This document shows positions 10,383 through 21,241 of a stretch of 64,000 nucleotides of DNA, piece after piece. The translations under genes were made by a program, and so were the position numbers. The stretch comes from Longimicrobiales bacterium (GTDB taxonomy: Bacteria; Gemmatimonadota; Gemmatimonadetes; Longimicrobiales; Gaopeijiaceae). The stretch is from positions 992,001 to 1,056,000 of the forward strand of contig CBDDCX010000008.1 of NCBI GenBank assembly GCA_965226375.1, read 5' to 3'. Position 1 is the first letter of the stretch. Each line of letters opens with the position of its first letter. The notes beneath the pieces are model-generated. The model had not been told where the DNA came from. It ran no database searches and was given only the letters and a program-made list of their open reading frames with translations.

Positions 10383-13364
10383 GTGAGAACATTCCTCTCT
10401 ATGCTGGGCCTCTCTCTCCTACTCACGAGCGGAGTCGGAGCCCAACAGGCGACCCGGACCGAACCTGTGACGGGCATGCGGGACAACGGCACCGGCTTTC
10501 ACGCACTGGTGGGCGCGCGGGTGGTGACGGCCCCGGGTCAGGTCCTGGACAACGCCACGGTCGTGATCCGCAACGGTCTTATTCAGGAGGTGGGACGGAA
10601 CGTGCAAACCCCGGCGGGGGCCCGAGTCTGGGACCTGGTGGACCACACGGTCTATCCGGGCTTTATCGATGCCCACGCCGACCTCGAAACGGATGAGGTT
10701 CCGGGGGGAGGCGATGTGGGGGCTACCCACTGGAATCCTCAGGTCCGTGCCTGGTTCAGCACCACCATGAACTTTCAGGACGATGCCGATCGCCGGGCTG
10801 CGCTGCGCTCCCAGGGGTTCGGTACGGCCCTGTTCGTGCCCCAACACGGAATCTTCCGGGGGACCGCTTCGGTAGTGAACCTCGGCGACGTAGGGGTCCG
10901 GGAGCGTGTGCTCCGCCCCGATCTGGCTCAATCCGTGGGCTTCCAGCGCTCCTTACAGCTGGGCGGGTCGTACCCCAACTCATCCATGGGGACCATCGCG
11001 CTCATGAAACAGACGTTCATGGACGCGGACTGGTATATCCGGGCGTGGGGTGCCTATGAGTCGAGCGGCCGCGCCTTCCTTCCACCTGAGACCAGCCAGG
11101 CGCTGGCGGCTCTGGAGAACGTGGTCCAGGGGAATCAGCCGGTCCTGTTCGAGACGACTAGCGAGGAGGAGTACCTGCGGGCCTACAAGCTCGCTGCAGA
11201 CTTCGGTGTGGACCCCTGGTTCCGGGGGAGCGGGCAGGAGTACCGCATCATCGACGTACTCCGGGGACGCACCGAGCCGCTCATCATTCCCCTGGACTTT
11301 CCTGACGCCCCGGATGTCGACGATCCCGAGGCGGCGCTGAACGCTACACTGGCCGACCTTCGCCATTGGTATCTAGCTCCTACTAGCCCGGGTCAGCTGG
11401 CCGGGGCAGGGGTGCCCTTCGCGATCACCTCCGACGGGCTCGCGTCGTTGAACGAGTTTCTGCCCAACCTGCGTATGGCCGTGGCCCGGGGACTCTCCTC
11501 GGCCGACGCTTTGGCGGCGCTCACTACCACGCCGGCCGGGTGGTTGGGAATTGAACGCACTCACGGGACCATCGAGTCGGGTAAGATCGCGAACCTGGTC
11601 GTGAGCGAGGGCGACCTCTTTACAGAGGAAGCCACTGTGCGCGACGTCTGGGTGCACGGGCAGGTCTACGCCGTGACGCGCCCAGCCCAGATCGACCCCC
11701 GGGGCACCTGGCGCATCGCATCCGACGACGATTGGGGCTTCGAGGCCATACTGCGTCTCGAGGGCCCACTGAATAGTCTACGTGGCTCCATCGATGTTGC
11801 CGGTCCCGATGGCGCCAGCATCGACCTCACCTCAGCGGACGCCGTGGCCGAGACCGGACGCATCGAGGTGCGCTTTCCGGGTGAAGACCTGGGATACGAA
11901 GGGATAGCCCTGCTGACGGGATCGGTGCAGGGTGATGAGTTCTACGGCTGGACGTCGCTCCCCAACGGGGCGGACCCCGCGTTCCGAGGCACTCGCACAG
12001 GGGCCTATGAGGGAGAAGCTCGGGGTACGGTCGCCATGGAGGTCCCCGAGATCGACCTCCCCTTCATTCGCCCGATGATGGAGTACGGGCGGAGTGCCAT
12101 CCCGGAGCAGCCTGCCGCCGTGGTTGTCCGGAACGCCATCGTGTGGACCCAAGGTTCCCAGGGGCGCATGGAGAACGCCGACCTGTTGGTTCAGGCCGGC
12201 AAGGTAGTCGAGGTCGGTCTTGACCTCGACGCCCCCCGCGGAGCGGTGGAGATCGACGCCACGGGCAAACATGTGACGCCAGGCCTCATCGATCCGCACA
12301 TCCACTCCGGGGTCAGTTCGGTGAATGAAAGCGGGTTCGCGATCGTCCCCGAGGTCCAAGTGGGCGACGTGGTGACCCACAACAACATCTGGATGTACCG
12401 CCAGCTCGCCGGGGGGCTCACGACTGCTCACATCAAGCACGGGTCCGCCAACCCCATCGGCGGCGAGAATGTCTTTGTGAAATTGCGCTGGGGATCGCTG
12501 CCCGAGGACCTCAAGCTGGAGAACGCGCCTCGGACGGTGAAGTTCGCCCTGGGTGAGAACCCGAAGCGACGGCAGCAGCGTTACCCCGACACCCGCATGG
12601 GAACGCAGGAGATCATTCGCGATCACTTCCTGGCGGCTCGGGACTACGAGCGGGAGTGGCAGCGGTGGGAGGCGTCGGGGGAGGGGATCCCTCCCCGCCA
12701 CGACCTGCGAATGGAGGCGATCCTCGACATCCTGAACCAGGAGCTGCTCATCTCGTCGCACGGTTACCGGGCCGACGAGTTCCTGGCCCTTGTGCGCTTG
12801 GCCGAGGAGTTCGGGTTCCGGGTACAGACGCTGCAGCACGGGATCGAGGCGTACAAGATCGCTCCCGAGTTGGCCGCTTCGGGCGTCGCAGCGGTGGTGT
12901 GGAGCGACTGGGGCGGGTTCAAGATGGAGGCGTACGACGCCACCGTATACAATGCCCGTATTCTGATCGAGGCGGGCGTTGTGACGTCCCTGCACTCCGA
13001 CAACGCCGAGATCGCCAGCCGCATGAATTGGGAGGCAGGCAAGCTGCTACGCACCGGACTCACCGAGGAACAGGCCCTGTCGACCGTGACCGACCAGGCT
13101 GCGAAGGCCGTGGCCATCGATGCCCGGGTGGGCTCTCTCGAGGCGGGCAAGGACGGCGACTTCGTCATCTGGAGTGGTAACCCCCTGTCTCAGTTCACCC
13201 GAGCCGAGCAGACCTGGGTAGATGGCCGACGCTACTTCTCCATCGAAGAAGATGCGGTCATGCGGGAGCAGATCGATCGGGAGCGTACGCAGCTCATCCA
13301 GGCCATCCTCTTGCTGCAACGGAGCGCGGAACTGGCTGAAGAGGAAGAGAGGAACCGAGGATGA
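10383..13364 (+). CDS. Secreted double-domain amidohydrolase
   Basis: Signal peptide; two amidohydrolase modules (PGFIDAH; PGLIDPHIH...SLHSD...GSLEAGKDGD). GTG start after a GGGGGA RBS. Confidence 0.85.
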   Translation: MRTFLSMLGLSLLLTSGVGAQQATRTEPVTGMRDNGTGFHALVGARVVTAPGQVLDNATVVIRNGLIQEVGRNVQTPAGARVWDLVDHTVYPGFIDAHADLETDEVPGGGDVGATHWNPQVRAWFSTTMNFQDDADRRAALRSQGFGTALFVPQHGIFRGTASVVNLGDVGVRERVLRPDLAQSVGFQRSLQLGGSYPNSSMGTIALMKQTFMDADWYIRAWGAYESSGRAFLPPETSQALAALENVVQGNQPVLFETTSEEEYLRAYKLAADFGVDPWFRGSGQEYRIIDVLRGRTEPLIIPLDFPDAPDVDDPEAALNATLADLRHWYLAPTSPGQLAGAGVPFAITSDGLASLNEFLPNLRMAVARGLSSADALAALTTTPAGWLGIERTHGTIESGKIANLVVSEGDLFTEEATVRDVWVHGQVYAVTRPAQIDPRGTWRIASDDDWGFEAILRLEGPLNSLRGSIDVAGPDGASIDLTSADAVAETGRIEVRFPGEDLGYEGIALLTGSVQGDEFYGWTSLPNGADPAFRGTRTGAYEGEARGTVAMEVPEIDLPFIRPMMEYGRSAIPEQPAAVVVRNAIVWTQGSQGRMENADLLVQAGKVVEVGLDLDAPRGAVEIDATGKHVTPGLIDPHIHSGVSSVNESGFAIVPEVQVGDVVTHNNIWMYRQLAGGLTTAHIKHGSANPIGGENVFVKLRWGSLPEDLKLENAPRTVKFALGENPKRRQQRYPDTRMGTQEIIRDHFLAARDYEREWQRWEASGEGIPPRHDLRMEAILDILNQELLISSHGYRADEFLALVRLAEEFGFRVQTLQHGIEAYKIAPELAASGVAAVVWSDWGGFKMEAYDATVYNARILIEAGVVTSLHSDNAEIASRMNWEAGKLLRTGLTEEQALSTVTDQAAKAVAIDARVGSLEAGKDGDFVIWSGNPLSQFTRAEQTWVDGRRYFSIEEDAVMREQIDRERTQLIQAILLLQRSAELAEEEERNRG

Positions 13365-14704
13365 CCACGACGAAGCGAGGAGCCGTGACGAGAGTCCTGA
13401 CCCTGGCCGCCGCCGTGGCCGCAACCGCCGCCCTGTCGCCGTCCCCGGCGAGCGCACAGGTGCGGATGACCGTGCCACCCCAGTCCGAACCGGTGGCGCT
13501 CCAGGGGGCCACGATTCACACCGTGACCAGCGGCGTGATCGAGAACGGGACGATCCTCTTCGAGAATGGGCTTATCGTCGCCATCGGCACCGACGTGCGG
13601 ATCCCCGAAGGGACCCGGGTCGTGGATGTCTCCGGGAAACACATCTACCCCGGCCTCATCGACGCATATAGCACTGTGGGGATCAGTGAGATCGGCGCCG
13701 TGGGTGTCTCGAACGACATCAACGAACTGGGTGACTTCAATCCCAACGTCAGAGCCGACGTGGCGGTCAACGCCGAGAGTCGCCATATCGGCACGACCCG
13801 CTCCGCCGGTGTGCTCGTGACCATGACGACTCCAGGTGGTGGGCTCATCTCAGGCATGTCGTCGGCTCTCAGCCTGGAGGGTTGGACCTGGGAAGAGATG
13901 TCCATGGAGTCCGCGGCGGCCCTCAACGTGAACTGGCCGAACCCCAACCCCGGCCAGGGTCGCCGTTTCGGCACGCCGCAGGCGGAGCCGCTCCCCTACA
14001 CGGAGCAGGTCCAGCAACTCATGGATTTCTTTGCCGAGGCCCGGGCGTACCGAGATGCGGTCGCCGCAGGTGAAGAGGTCCGGACCGACTCACGCTACGC
14101 CGCGATGATCCGCGCGCTCGATCGGGCGATTCCCGTGGTAGTGAGCGCGGACGGTGCGGCCCAGATCAACGACGCCATCACATGGGCCAAGGAGGAAGAC
14201 CTCCGCCTCGTGATCAGGGGAGGAAGGGATGCGATTCACGTTGCGGATCGATTGGTGGCAAACGACATCCCGGTGATTCTCACGTCCACGATGGCTGCAC
14301 CTGGTCGGGACTACGAGGGGTACGACGGCAAGTACTCCATGCCGGCCCGTCTGTACGAAGCGGGGGTGCGGTTCGCCATTTCCGGTGGCGCCGGAGCCCT
14401 CTACAGCAATCGGTTGCCCTGGGAAGCCGGGGTTGCAGTGGCCTTTGGGCTCCCCGAGGAGGAGGCCCTCAAGGCGGTGACCATCAACGCGGCTGAGTTC
14501 ATGGGAATCGCCGACCGGGTCGGTTCACTAGAGCCCGGCAAGCAGGCCACGCTGCTCATTACTACCGGGACCCCCCTGGACATGACCTCAGATATCGAGC
14601 AGTCCTACATCCAGGGCCGCGAGATCGACATGATGGACATCCATAGGTGGTTCTTCGACAAGTACATGAAGAAGGTGCTGCAGTACCGGCGGTTGGTGAT
14701 GTAG
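13361..14704 (+). CDS. Secreted amidohydrolase-family protein
   Basis: YPGLIDAYS and GSLEPGKQATL; overlaps the upstream stop (ATGA). Confidence 0.85.
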   Translation: MTTTKRGAVTRVLTLAAAVAATAALSPSPASAQVRMTVPPQSEPVALQGATIHTVTSGVIENGTILFENGLIVAIGTDVRIPEGTRVVDVSGKHIYPGLIDAYSTVGISEIGAVGVSNDINELGDFNPNVRADVAVNAESRHIGTTRSAGVLVTMTTPGGGLISGMSSALSLEGWTWEEMSMESAAALNVNWPNPNPGQGRRFGTPQAEPLPYTEQVQQLMDFFAEARAYRDAVAAGEEVRTDSRYAAMIRALDRAIPVVVSADGAAQINDAITWAKEEDLRLVIRGGRDAIHVADRLVANDIPVILTSTMAAPGRDYEGYDGKYSMPARLYEAGVRFAISGGAGALYSNRLPWEAGVAVAFGLPEEEALKAVTINAAEFMGIADRVGSLEPGKQATLLITTGTPLDMTSDIEQSYIQGREIDMMDIHRWFFDKYMKKVLQYRRLVM

Positions 14705-14848
14705 AGGGCTGCGGTGGGGGGGGCCGGGGGTGTCTGCGGAAGCTCCATACTACAATCGGTCTTTGGTCAGTGCGATCGGTGTAAAACACTGCCATAATTG
14801 CAGTTACGGCGTTTCGCTCAACGAAAACGTCAAGGAGACATCGCCCCC

Positions 14849-16189
14849 TCAATACCGCCAGCTCGCCAGATCGGCCCCCGCAGGCGCCGTTGCGAGGATC
14901 CTCGCTTGGAGCTGGTCGAACCAGTAGCGCCGATCGTGGCCGCTGTAGCAATGCGGCTGACGGTCGCCGTACTCGACCACGCCGCCGTAGTACGGGTTCG
15001 TGGTACTCTCGAGGAACTCCTCCAGAATGTAGACAGCGTTGTTCAGGTAGCCGTTGTCCATGTCTCCCATGTAGACGTGTAGCTTACCCTCGAGCTTGGG
15101 CCCCAGCGTCGCCCAGTCCCGTTGCAGGATATGCGTCAGGTCGTAGTTCTCGCGCCAGTACTCCACGACGTCGGGTCGGATCTCGCCGGTCCACTTGTCG
15201 TAGGGGTAGGCCGGATAACCGTCTTCACCCACGGGACCGAAGACGGCGGGCCAGATGTCGTGCTGGCCACCGGAGCGGCTGTTCGTTCCGATGACGAGCT
15301 CGATGTGGTTCCGCTCCTCGAACGTGTTCCGGAGCTCCCCGAGCGTGTTCCGGTATCCCGGCCGGTAGATCCGCCGCCACTCGGTCTCCTCGTAGTACGC
15401 GTTCTCCCCGTCATAGAGGGGGACGATGCGGTAGAAATGGAAATAGACGACGTCCGGGCAGGCCGCCCAGACTCCGTTGTACTCCTCCGGATAGAAGGTC
15501 TGGGCGCCGCGCACCTCCCAGCCGCCAGTCGAACCGCCGTGCATTCCGCGGGCCCACCCTTCCCCAATCCCTCGGAAGCGCCGCTCGATCGCGGGAATGA
15601 GCTCATAGGTGATCGCGTCGCCATAAGGACCAACGTTTGCCGAGTTCACGGCGTAGGAGTCGTCGTAGTAGGGATTTGCGTGCTGGATTTTGGCGTACAG
15701 CATCCGCGGGTACCCGGAGCCCGTCCACTCCTCGTAGAACGCGTAGTCGCGCTCCGCCCGCTCCCGCTCCGGACCCTCCAGGCCCGGCGCCGGAGGCGTC
15801 TCGCTGAACCCCCGGAACTCCCGGGCGAAGTGTCCGTGGTTGATCATCAGGGGATAACGGGCGTCAGGGTGATCCTGGTAGCCGCCCGGGAGAAGAACGA
15901 TCGCCCCGAGATGCATGGGCCGCCCCCAGAACTCCGTGAGCAGCTTGCTCTCGATCTGCACGTAGCGGATGTATTCGGTGTCCTCGTACGGGGGCAGAGG
16001 CGGGATCTCTCGGTCCAGACTGACGCGGATCACTTCGTCGTGGCCGGGATCGACGCGGATCCGCTGCGGCGTGCTGATCAGGTTGCCGGGTGCGATCTGC
16101 CATTGCTGCCCCTCTCCGCGGTCCATGGGGAGCCTGACGGTGTGCCCGTCGGCCCTCGTGAACGTCTCGTAGCGGTGAAGGAGCGCCTG
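14849..16189 (-). pseudogene. Esterase-like alpha/beta hydrolase, 5'-truncated
   Basis: GGSTGG elbow, DDSYAVNSANVGPYGDA and HRYETFTRADGHTV motifs. No credible start or signal peptide; upstream sequence is the antisense of another gene. Confidence 0.65.
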
Positions 16190-16190
16190 C

Positions 16191-16759
16191 CCGGCACGTC
16201 GCGTCGGAAGCACGATGATGGCCCCGGGAGCCACGCGCGGTATCTCCAATCACGGCACGGTCCTGGTGAGCTTTGACGGCATCGACTACGTGAGCGACGC
16301 CCAGGCCGCCGGCTTCGAGGCTCTCCCTCTTCTACAGGGACAGGAAAGCCGCACCACAACAGGTATCCACTCCATGCGCGCGGCGCCGATCGAGAACGGC
16401 CATGAGATACACTTCTGGACCGGCCACATGCGCGAGAAGGAATTCCGATTCCAGACGGAGCCGGAGAACGATCCCGTCGACCACGCGCGCTTTCTCTCGC
16501 TATACGACCGGTCGGCGAACGCGGAGGGGTACAGCCCCTTCAACAGTGCCCTCTATATCTGCCGGCACTTCGAGGACTCGGTGCTGTCGATCCACGGCGG
16601 AAGCAAGGTCGCCGTCGCGGCGGACGGGTCGATTGCTTCCGAGGAGGTCGACGACGCGCAGACTCGGAAGCGCTAGTCGAGGAATTCGGGATTTCTGAGG
16701 AGGCGGTCGACGCGCTGCCCAAAGATGAGCCGCGCGGGCCGGACGTGGCGATCGCATGA
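16191..16759 (+). pseudogene. Arylamine N-acetyltransferase-like fragment (5'-truncated, frameshift near 16672)
   Basis: NHGTVLV..DG..YVSD (His/Asp of the triad) and SPFN. The Cys-bearing N-terminus is absent, and the tail LVEEFGISEEAVDALP lies in another frame ending at TGA 16759. Confidence 0.6.
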
Positions 16760-16910
16760 TTTGGGCGACTCGCACTCCCCAAACCACGAGATGAAGGAAG
16801 GCTTCGGCGGCGGGCTTCAAGACTCGATCGCAAGCCGATCATGCACTGCTCTGAGCACGGTCTGGAGCTGGATCCGCTGTCCACCTGAAGGGCAGAATGA
16901 GGATTCAGGG

Positions 16911-18077
16911 TTAGCGAAAGCTTCCCAGCTCGCGCACGGTCTCGCTATCTAGGCGCCGAAGCGCTTCGATGAGTAGTTGGACCGCCTGATCGAAGTCCGA
17001 CCGCTGTATCACGCCCGTATGAGAATGGAGATAGCGCGTGGGTACCGTGATGTTCACCGACGGCCGACCCGAGTCGAAGCGTTGGATTTCGGCGCCGTCC
17101 TCGCCGTACCCGGTCAGGACGTCAGCTTGAAGGGGGATGTCCGCTTCGTCGGCGACCCGAAACATGAAGTCTCGGAGCTTCTTGTTGGGGATCATCGAGC
17201 TGTCCAATAGGAAGATCCCGGGACCGGACCCGAGCCGCTCCTGAGCTTGAGTCGGTCGCATGCCTGGGTAGTCGGCCGCGACCCCGGCCTCGATCGAAAT
17301 GCCCAGCTCAGGTTCAGCCAGGGCGACAGCGGTTCGAGCACCTCGCAGCCCGATTTCCTCCTGTGTCGTGGCCACCCAAACGACGTCAGCCGGCACCCGG
17401 ATTCCTTCGTCCCGGATACGTCTGGCGGCCACCAACATCACGGCAAGGCCTACTCGGTCGTCCCAGGCCTTCGCCGCGTATCGTTCGTTCGCCAAAACGG
17501 CAAAATCGCTGAGTGGAGCGATGCCATCGCCCGGTCTTACCCCCATCTCTTCGACTTCGGCTCTCGAGGTGGCTCCCACGTCCAGGAAGATCTCCTCGAG
17601 CGACCACACGCGATCTCGCTGTGCACCTGGTGTAACGTGCAATGTCCGGATGCCGCTGATGGCCATCACCGGACCGTCGCTCCCGAGGATCGTCCACCGC
17701 TGGTCTGGCAGAGCTTGTCTGAGCCAGCCACCGAGAGTTTTCACGCGGATGAAGCCATCGGGTGTGATGTGCTGAACCATGAGCCCGACTTCGTCGAGAT
17801 GCGCTGTGACCATGACCCTCGGACCATTCGATGCGCCCGGAGCCGTGGCGAGTACTGAACCCAGGCCGTCGAACCGCACCTCGGCGCCGAGGTCCTCGAA
17901 CTCCCGCACCACAATCTCTCTTACCGACTCTTCAAACGCCGACGGACCTGGTGCCTCAGTGAGCGCCCGCATCAGGTCGGCGGTCGCGTCGAGGGTCTGG
18001 CCGAAGGCGGGGGGTGTCACGAGGAATGCTGCCAAGACCAGCGTCCACGATCGATTCATCTGATTGGTTTTCGCCAC
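16911..18077 (-). CDS. M42-family metallo-aminopeptidase with signal peptide
   Basis: AHLDEVG, KAWDDRVG, TQEEIGLRGA and PTRYLHS motifs. Confidence 0.9.
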   Translation of the reverse strand: MAKTNQMNRSWTLVLAAFLVTPPAFGQTLDATADLMRALTEAPGPSAFEESVREIVVREFEDLGAEVRFDGLGSVLATAPGASNGPRVMVTAHLDEVGLMVQHITPDGFIRVKTLGGWLRQALPDQRWTILGSDGPVMAISGIRTLHVTPGAQRDRVWSLEEIFLDVGATSRAEVEEMGVRPGDGIAPLSDFAVLANERYAAKAWDDRVGLAVMLVAARRIRDEGIRVPADVVWVATTQEEIGLRGARTAVALAEPELGISIEAGVAADYPGMRPTQAQERLGSGPGIFLLDSSMIPNKKLRDFMFRVADEADIPLQADVLTGYGEDGAEIQRFDSGRPSVNITVPTRYLHSHTGVIQRSDFDQAVQLLIEALRRLDSETVRELGSFR

Positions 18078-18165
18078 GAATCCCCCTATGTAGGTTTCAT
18101 ATTCACTTATGGGTGTACTGGACCAGACACAATTTGCACCTATTCACTCTAGGCCCAGGACCCGC

Positions 18166-18714
18166 ATGCCGTCCAACCTGCCGGCCGAGATCGCGCGATC
18201 CTTGCTGCGTGAGCTCGATACCCTGCGACGTGAAGTTGAAGCGTACCCGGACGATGAGTCCGTCTGGGGCCTCCCGCCGGGCGCTCCCAACTCCGCCGGG
18301 ACGCTGACCCTGCACTTGGCCGGAAACCTTCAGCACTACGTGGGTGCGCTCCTTGGTGGCACGGGTTACGTGCGGGATCGCGACGCGGAGTTCGCGACAC
18401 GTGGTCTCACCCGTCAAACCCTGATCGACCACGTGGCTTCGGCCGAACGAGCCATCGCCTCCGTCCTCCCGACGCTACCTGAGTCGAGACTGACAGATCC
18501 CTTCCCGGAAGCGATGCGCGGTGAGACCCTCTCTACGAGAGAGGCTCTACACCATGTGGCAACCCATCTGGCCTATCACGTCGGCCAGATCGACTACCAC
18601 CGCCGGATTGTTACGGGAGATCCCCAAGGAGTCGACGCGGTTTCACCTGCCGCGCTCAAAGCGCGGGGCCCAGGTGAGCCGGGTGCGGGTGCCGAGGCTC
18701 AGGGGTCGCCGTAG
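18166..18714 (+). CDS. DinB/DUF1572-family protein
   Basis: NSAGTLTLHLAGNL, RDRDAEF, HLAYHVGQIDY. Confidence 0.85.
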   Translation: MPSNLPAEIARSLLRELDTLRREVEAYPDDESVWGLPPGAPNSAGTLTLHLAGNLQHYVGALLGGTGYVRDRDAEFATRGLTRQTLIDHVASAERAIASVLPTLPESRLTDPFPEAMRGETLSTREALHHVATHLAYHVGQIDYHRRIVTGDPQGVDAVSPAALKARGPGEPGAGAEAQGSP

Positions 18715-19799
18715 ATCCCCGTCTGTGGGAACGTCAGCGAGAAGCCGTACCAACGCGTAAAGACCTGAAGAGGACGCTCGATCCGGGCGCGTTCGCCCGA
18801 TGCATCGTGGAAGATGGCGTTTTCGATGTACGATCCGTCCGAAAATCGGAGCGTCCTGTCGTCCCAACTGAAGTCGTCCGCGTCCGTGTACGCCGCGGCG
18901 AGGGCATACGCCGAGGGGTCCAGGTAGATCACCACCTGACGCCCTCCGAAGTTGTCGAACACGGCGTTGCCGCTCTCGACGACTTCGTCGTACGGGTAGT
19001 AGCGTGCCAGTTCACCGTCCCAGATGCCCATGCCGATATCCATCGTCGGCCTGCGCGCGTCTTCCTCGTTCACCGTCGCTCGAAACATGCGGTTCAGACG
19101 GCCGCCGACGCGACGGATCAGGCTCCCTGTCGTCATCTGCTCGTCCGTGCGGATCGCCCGATCCGAGATCGTCACCAATGCGTCTCGGTCCAGATCAAGC
19201 ACCTGCGCCACGGTCGTTTGCATCAGGTTTGACACCTCGAGCCGGGCGCCGGTCAGCGGGCCATATACCGCTTCACCGGTCATATGGTCCCAGTAGGTTT
19301 CGCTCTCTTCGTCCCTCATGAGGAACAGCCCATCGTACAGACCGTGCTCGGCGAACCAGTGAACCCTGCCGTCCACGCTTGGAGTCATCCTGACCCCTGT
19401 GTTACAGATCACTCAGAAGGTGACCATCCACGGTTCGCCCTCGATCTCACCCTGCGCGACGTGGTGGTACGACATCTGGCTGGAGACCAGCGCGAGGGTC
19501 TTTCCCGCCATTTGGAACGAGACCACAGTGGTCTCGTCGGTGACGTCCCCTGCACGGCGGGCAGCCCGTAGCGACTTCCATTCGGGATCTCGGAGGGGGA
19601 TGAAGTTCGGTCGGGCCCAGAAGATCGCCCTGTCGGTGTCGAATCCCTCCTTGCGCGGCGTATCAGGATCCGCCTCGAGCCGCTGATCGAACTGTGCAGC
19701 GAGCGGGGCGGCGGCGAACGACGCGATCGCCAGAGTGACCACCATGAGCATACCAAGCCGCTTGCGGTCGACGTCGGGTAGCTGCTTGCTCATGGACAC
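18699..19799 (-). CDS. DUF3179-family probable selenoprotein (in-frame TGA at 19415-19413)
   Basis: ORFs 19413-19799 and 18699-19412 are contiguous and in frame: YHHVAQGEIEGEPWMVTF-TGA-VICNTG...GLYDGLFLMRDEESETYWDHMTGEAVYGPL...WYGF. Confidence 0.85.
19381..19397 (-). promoter_or_regulatory. Candidate bacterial SECIS hairpin
   Basis: mRNA GGGGUCA-GGA-UGACUCC begins 15 nt after the UGA; 7-bp stem including one G-U pair, with G at the start of the apical loop. Confidence 0.6.
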
Positions 19800-19944
19800 T
19801 CCGTGGCGGAAAAGTCGATATGCTCGGGACGAAGATGTGGGCGGATCAGGCGCTTGTATAGTGAATCGCTGAGGATGTACGCCCGTTCCCGTAGAATTGT
19901 TGCTGGCCCGGGCACAGGCGCGTCCGGCTCAGGCGCTGGAATCC

Positions 19945-21198
19945 TCAGGGTTCCCCGATCGACGCCATGCCGATGTCGGCGAGAGTGGGAGTCCCCATCA
20001 ACCCCATCGTGGTCTTCAACTCGTCGGTCAGGATCTGCAGCGTCCGTTCGACACCTTCCTGCCCGAAGGCACCGAGGCCCCACAAGTAAGGACGTCCGAC
20101 GGCGACCGCAGTGGCGCCCAGCGCCAGGGCCTTGAAGATATCCGTGCCGCGCCGAAATCCACTGTCCACGATAACGGGCAAGCGACCCCGTACGGCTTCC
20201 ACGACTTCCGGTAGAGAATCGATCGTAGCGCGCCCGCTATCAGATGCCCGCCCTCCGTGGTTCGATACCCACACGCCGTCGCATCCGTAGCGGACACATA
20301 GTTCAGCATCCTCTCGAGTGACGATCCCTTTTACCAGGAGCTTGAGGTCGGTGGTTTCGCGGAGACGGGCGAGGAAGTCCCACGTCAGGTTCGATGACCC
20401 CCAGTCCTCTTCAGTCATGTTCGTGCCTTCGTACATCGGCTTTACGGGAGGCGCCATGCCTCCCTCCACATGACAGCTGGCGCAGTCCCTGGGGTCGATG
20501 CGAGACCAGCGCTCGACCGTCTCGCGGTTCGTAGTGACGGGCAGGTCGACGGTGAATACCAAGGCTGGACATCCAGCTCTTTCCACCCGACGCACGATTC
20601 GCTCCGCCACATCCCAATTGTTGGTTGCATATAGCTGGTACCAAACCGGTTCTCCACGTGCCTCGTTGACCGCCTCGACAGCGGTTGAGGAGACGGAAGA
20701 CAGGACTTGAAGGTGGCCCTGTGATCGGGCCGCGCGAGCGGTCGCCAATTCCCCCTCAGCGTGAAACCCCCTCTGGCTTCCCGCGGGTGCGACCACGATC
20801 GGAGTCGGCCATTCGACGCCGAAGAGCTCCGTGGAGGTATCGATGTGGGCAACGTCCACCAGGCGACGAGGCCTCAAGTAGATGCCTTCGAAGGCCGTGC
20901 GGTTCGCCTTCAGCGTTCGCTCCCCATCCACGCCCGTCTGGAGATAGCCCCAATGGGCCGGGGGGATGTTCTGACTGGCCACAGCCTCCATGTCGAAGAC
21001 GTCCAGGGCGTCCTCAGCCGACGTTACCAGGGCGTCCAGGGCGGCTCGGACACCGTCAGCATCCTGCGTCGCACCGCTCCCGTCCGAAGAGGCATTCTCG
21101 CACGCCGTCAGGTATGCAAAGAGTGGGCTGGCGGCGAGCCAGTGAAGAAAAGCGCGACGGTCGGGGCCACTAGATATACCAGAAATTCTCACGGACAT
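19945..21198 (-). CDS. FMN-dependent alpha-hydroxy acid oxidase with Tat/lipoprotein-like leader
   Basis: LRPRRLVDV, LVKGI, VSNHGGR, DSGFRRGTDIFKALALGA, GRPYLWGL; leader DRRAFL...LTAC. Start position uncertain. Confidence 0.88.
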   Translation of the reverse strand: MSVRISGISSGPDRRAFLHWLAASPLFAYLTACENASSDGSGATQDADGVRAALDALVTSAEDALDVFDMEAVASQNIPPAHWGYLQTGVDGERTLKANRTAFEGIYLRPRRLVDVAHIDTSTELFGVEWPTPIVVAPAGSQRGFHAEGELATARAARSQGHLQVLSSVSSTAVEAVNEARGEPVWYQLYATNNWDVAERIVRRVERAGCPALVFTVDLPVTTNRETVERWSRIDPRDCASCHVEGGMAPPVKPMYEGTNMTEEDWGSSNLTWDFLARLRETTDLKLLVKGIVTREDAELCVRYGCDGVWVSNHGGRASDSGRATIDSLPEVVEAVRGRLPVIVDSGFRRGTDIFKALALGATAVAVGRPYLWGLGAFGQEGVERTLQILTDELKTTMGLMGTPTLADIGMASIGEP

Positions 21199-21241
21199 CC
21201 TCGGGCTTTGGTCTATTGGGATACCACGCCGGCGAATAGTC

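Noticed and set aside
14706..14730. G-rich tract after the amidohydrolase pair (possible G-quadruplex or terminator)
   Set aside because: Short, no clear hairpin plus U-tract, and unremarkable in GC-rich DNA.
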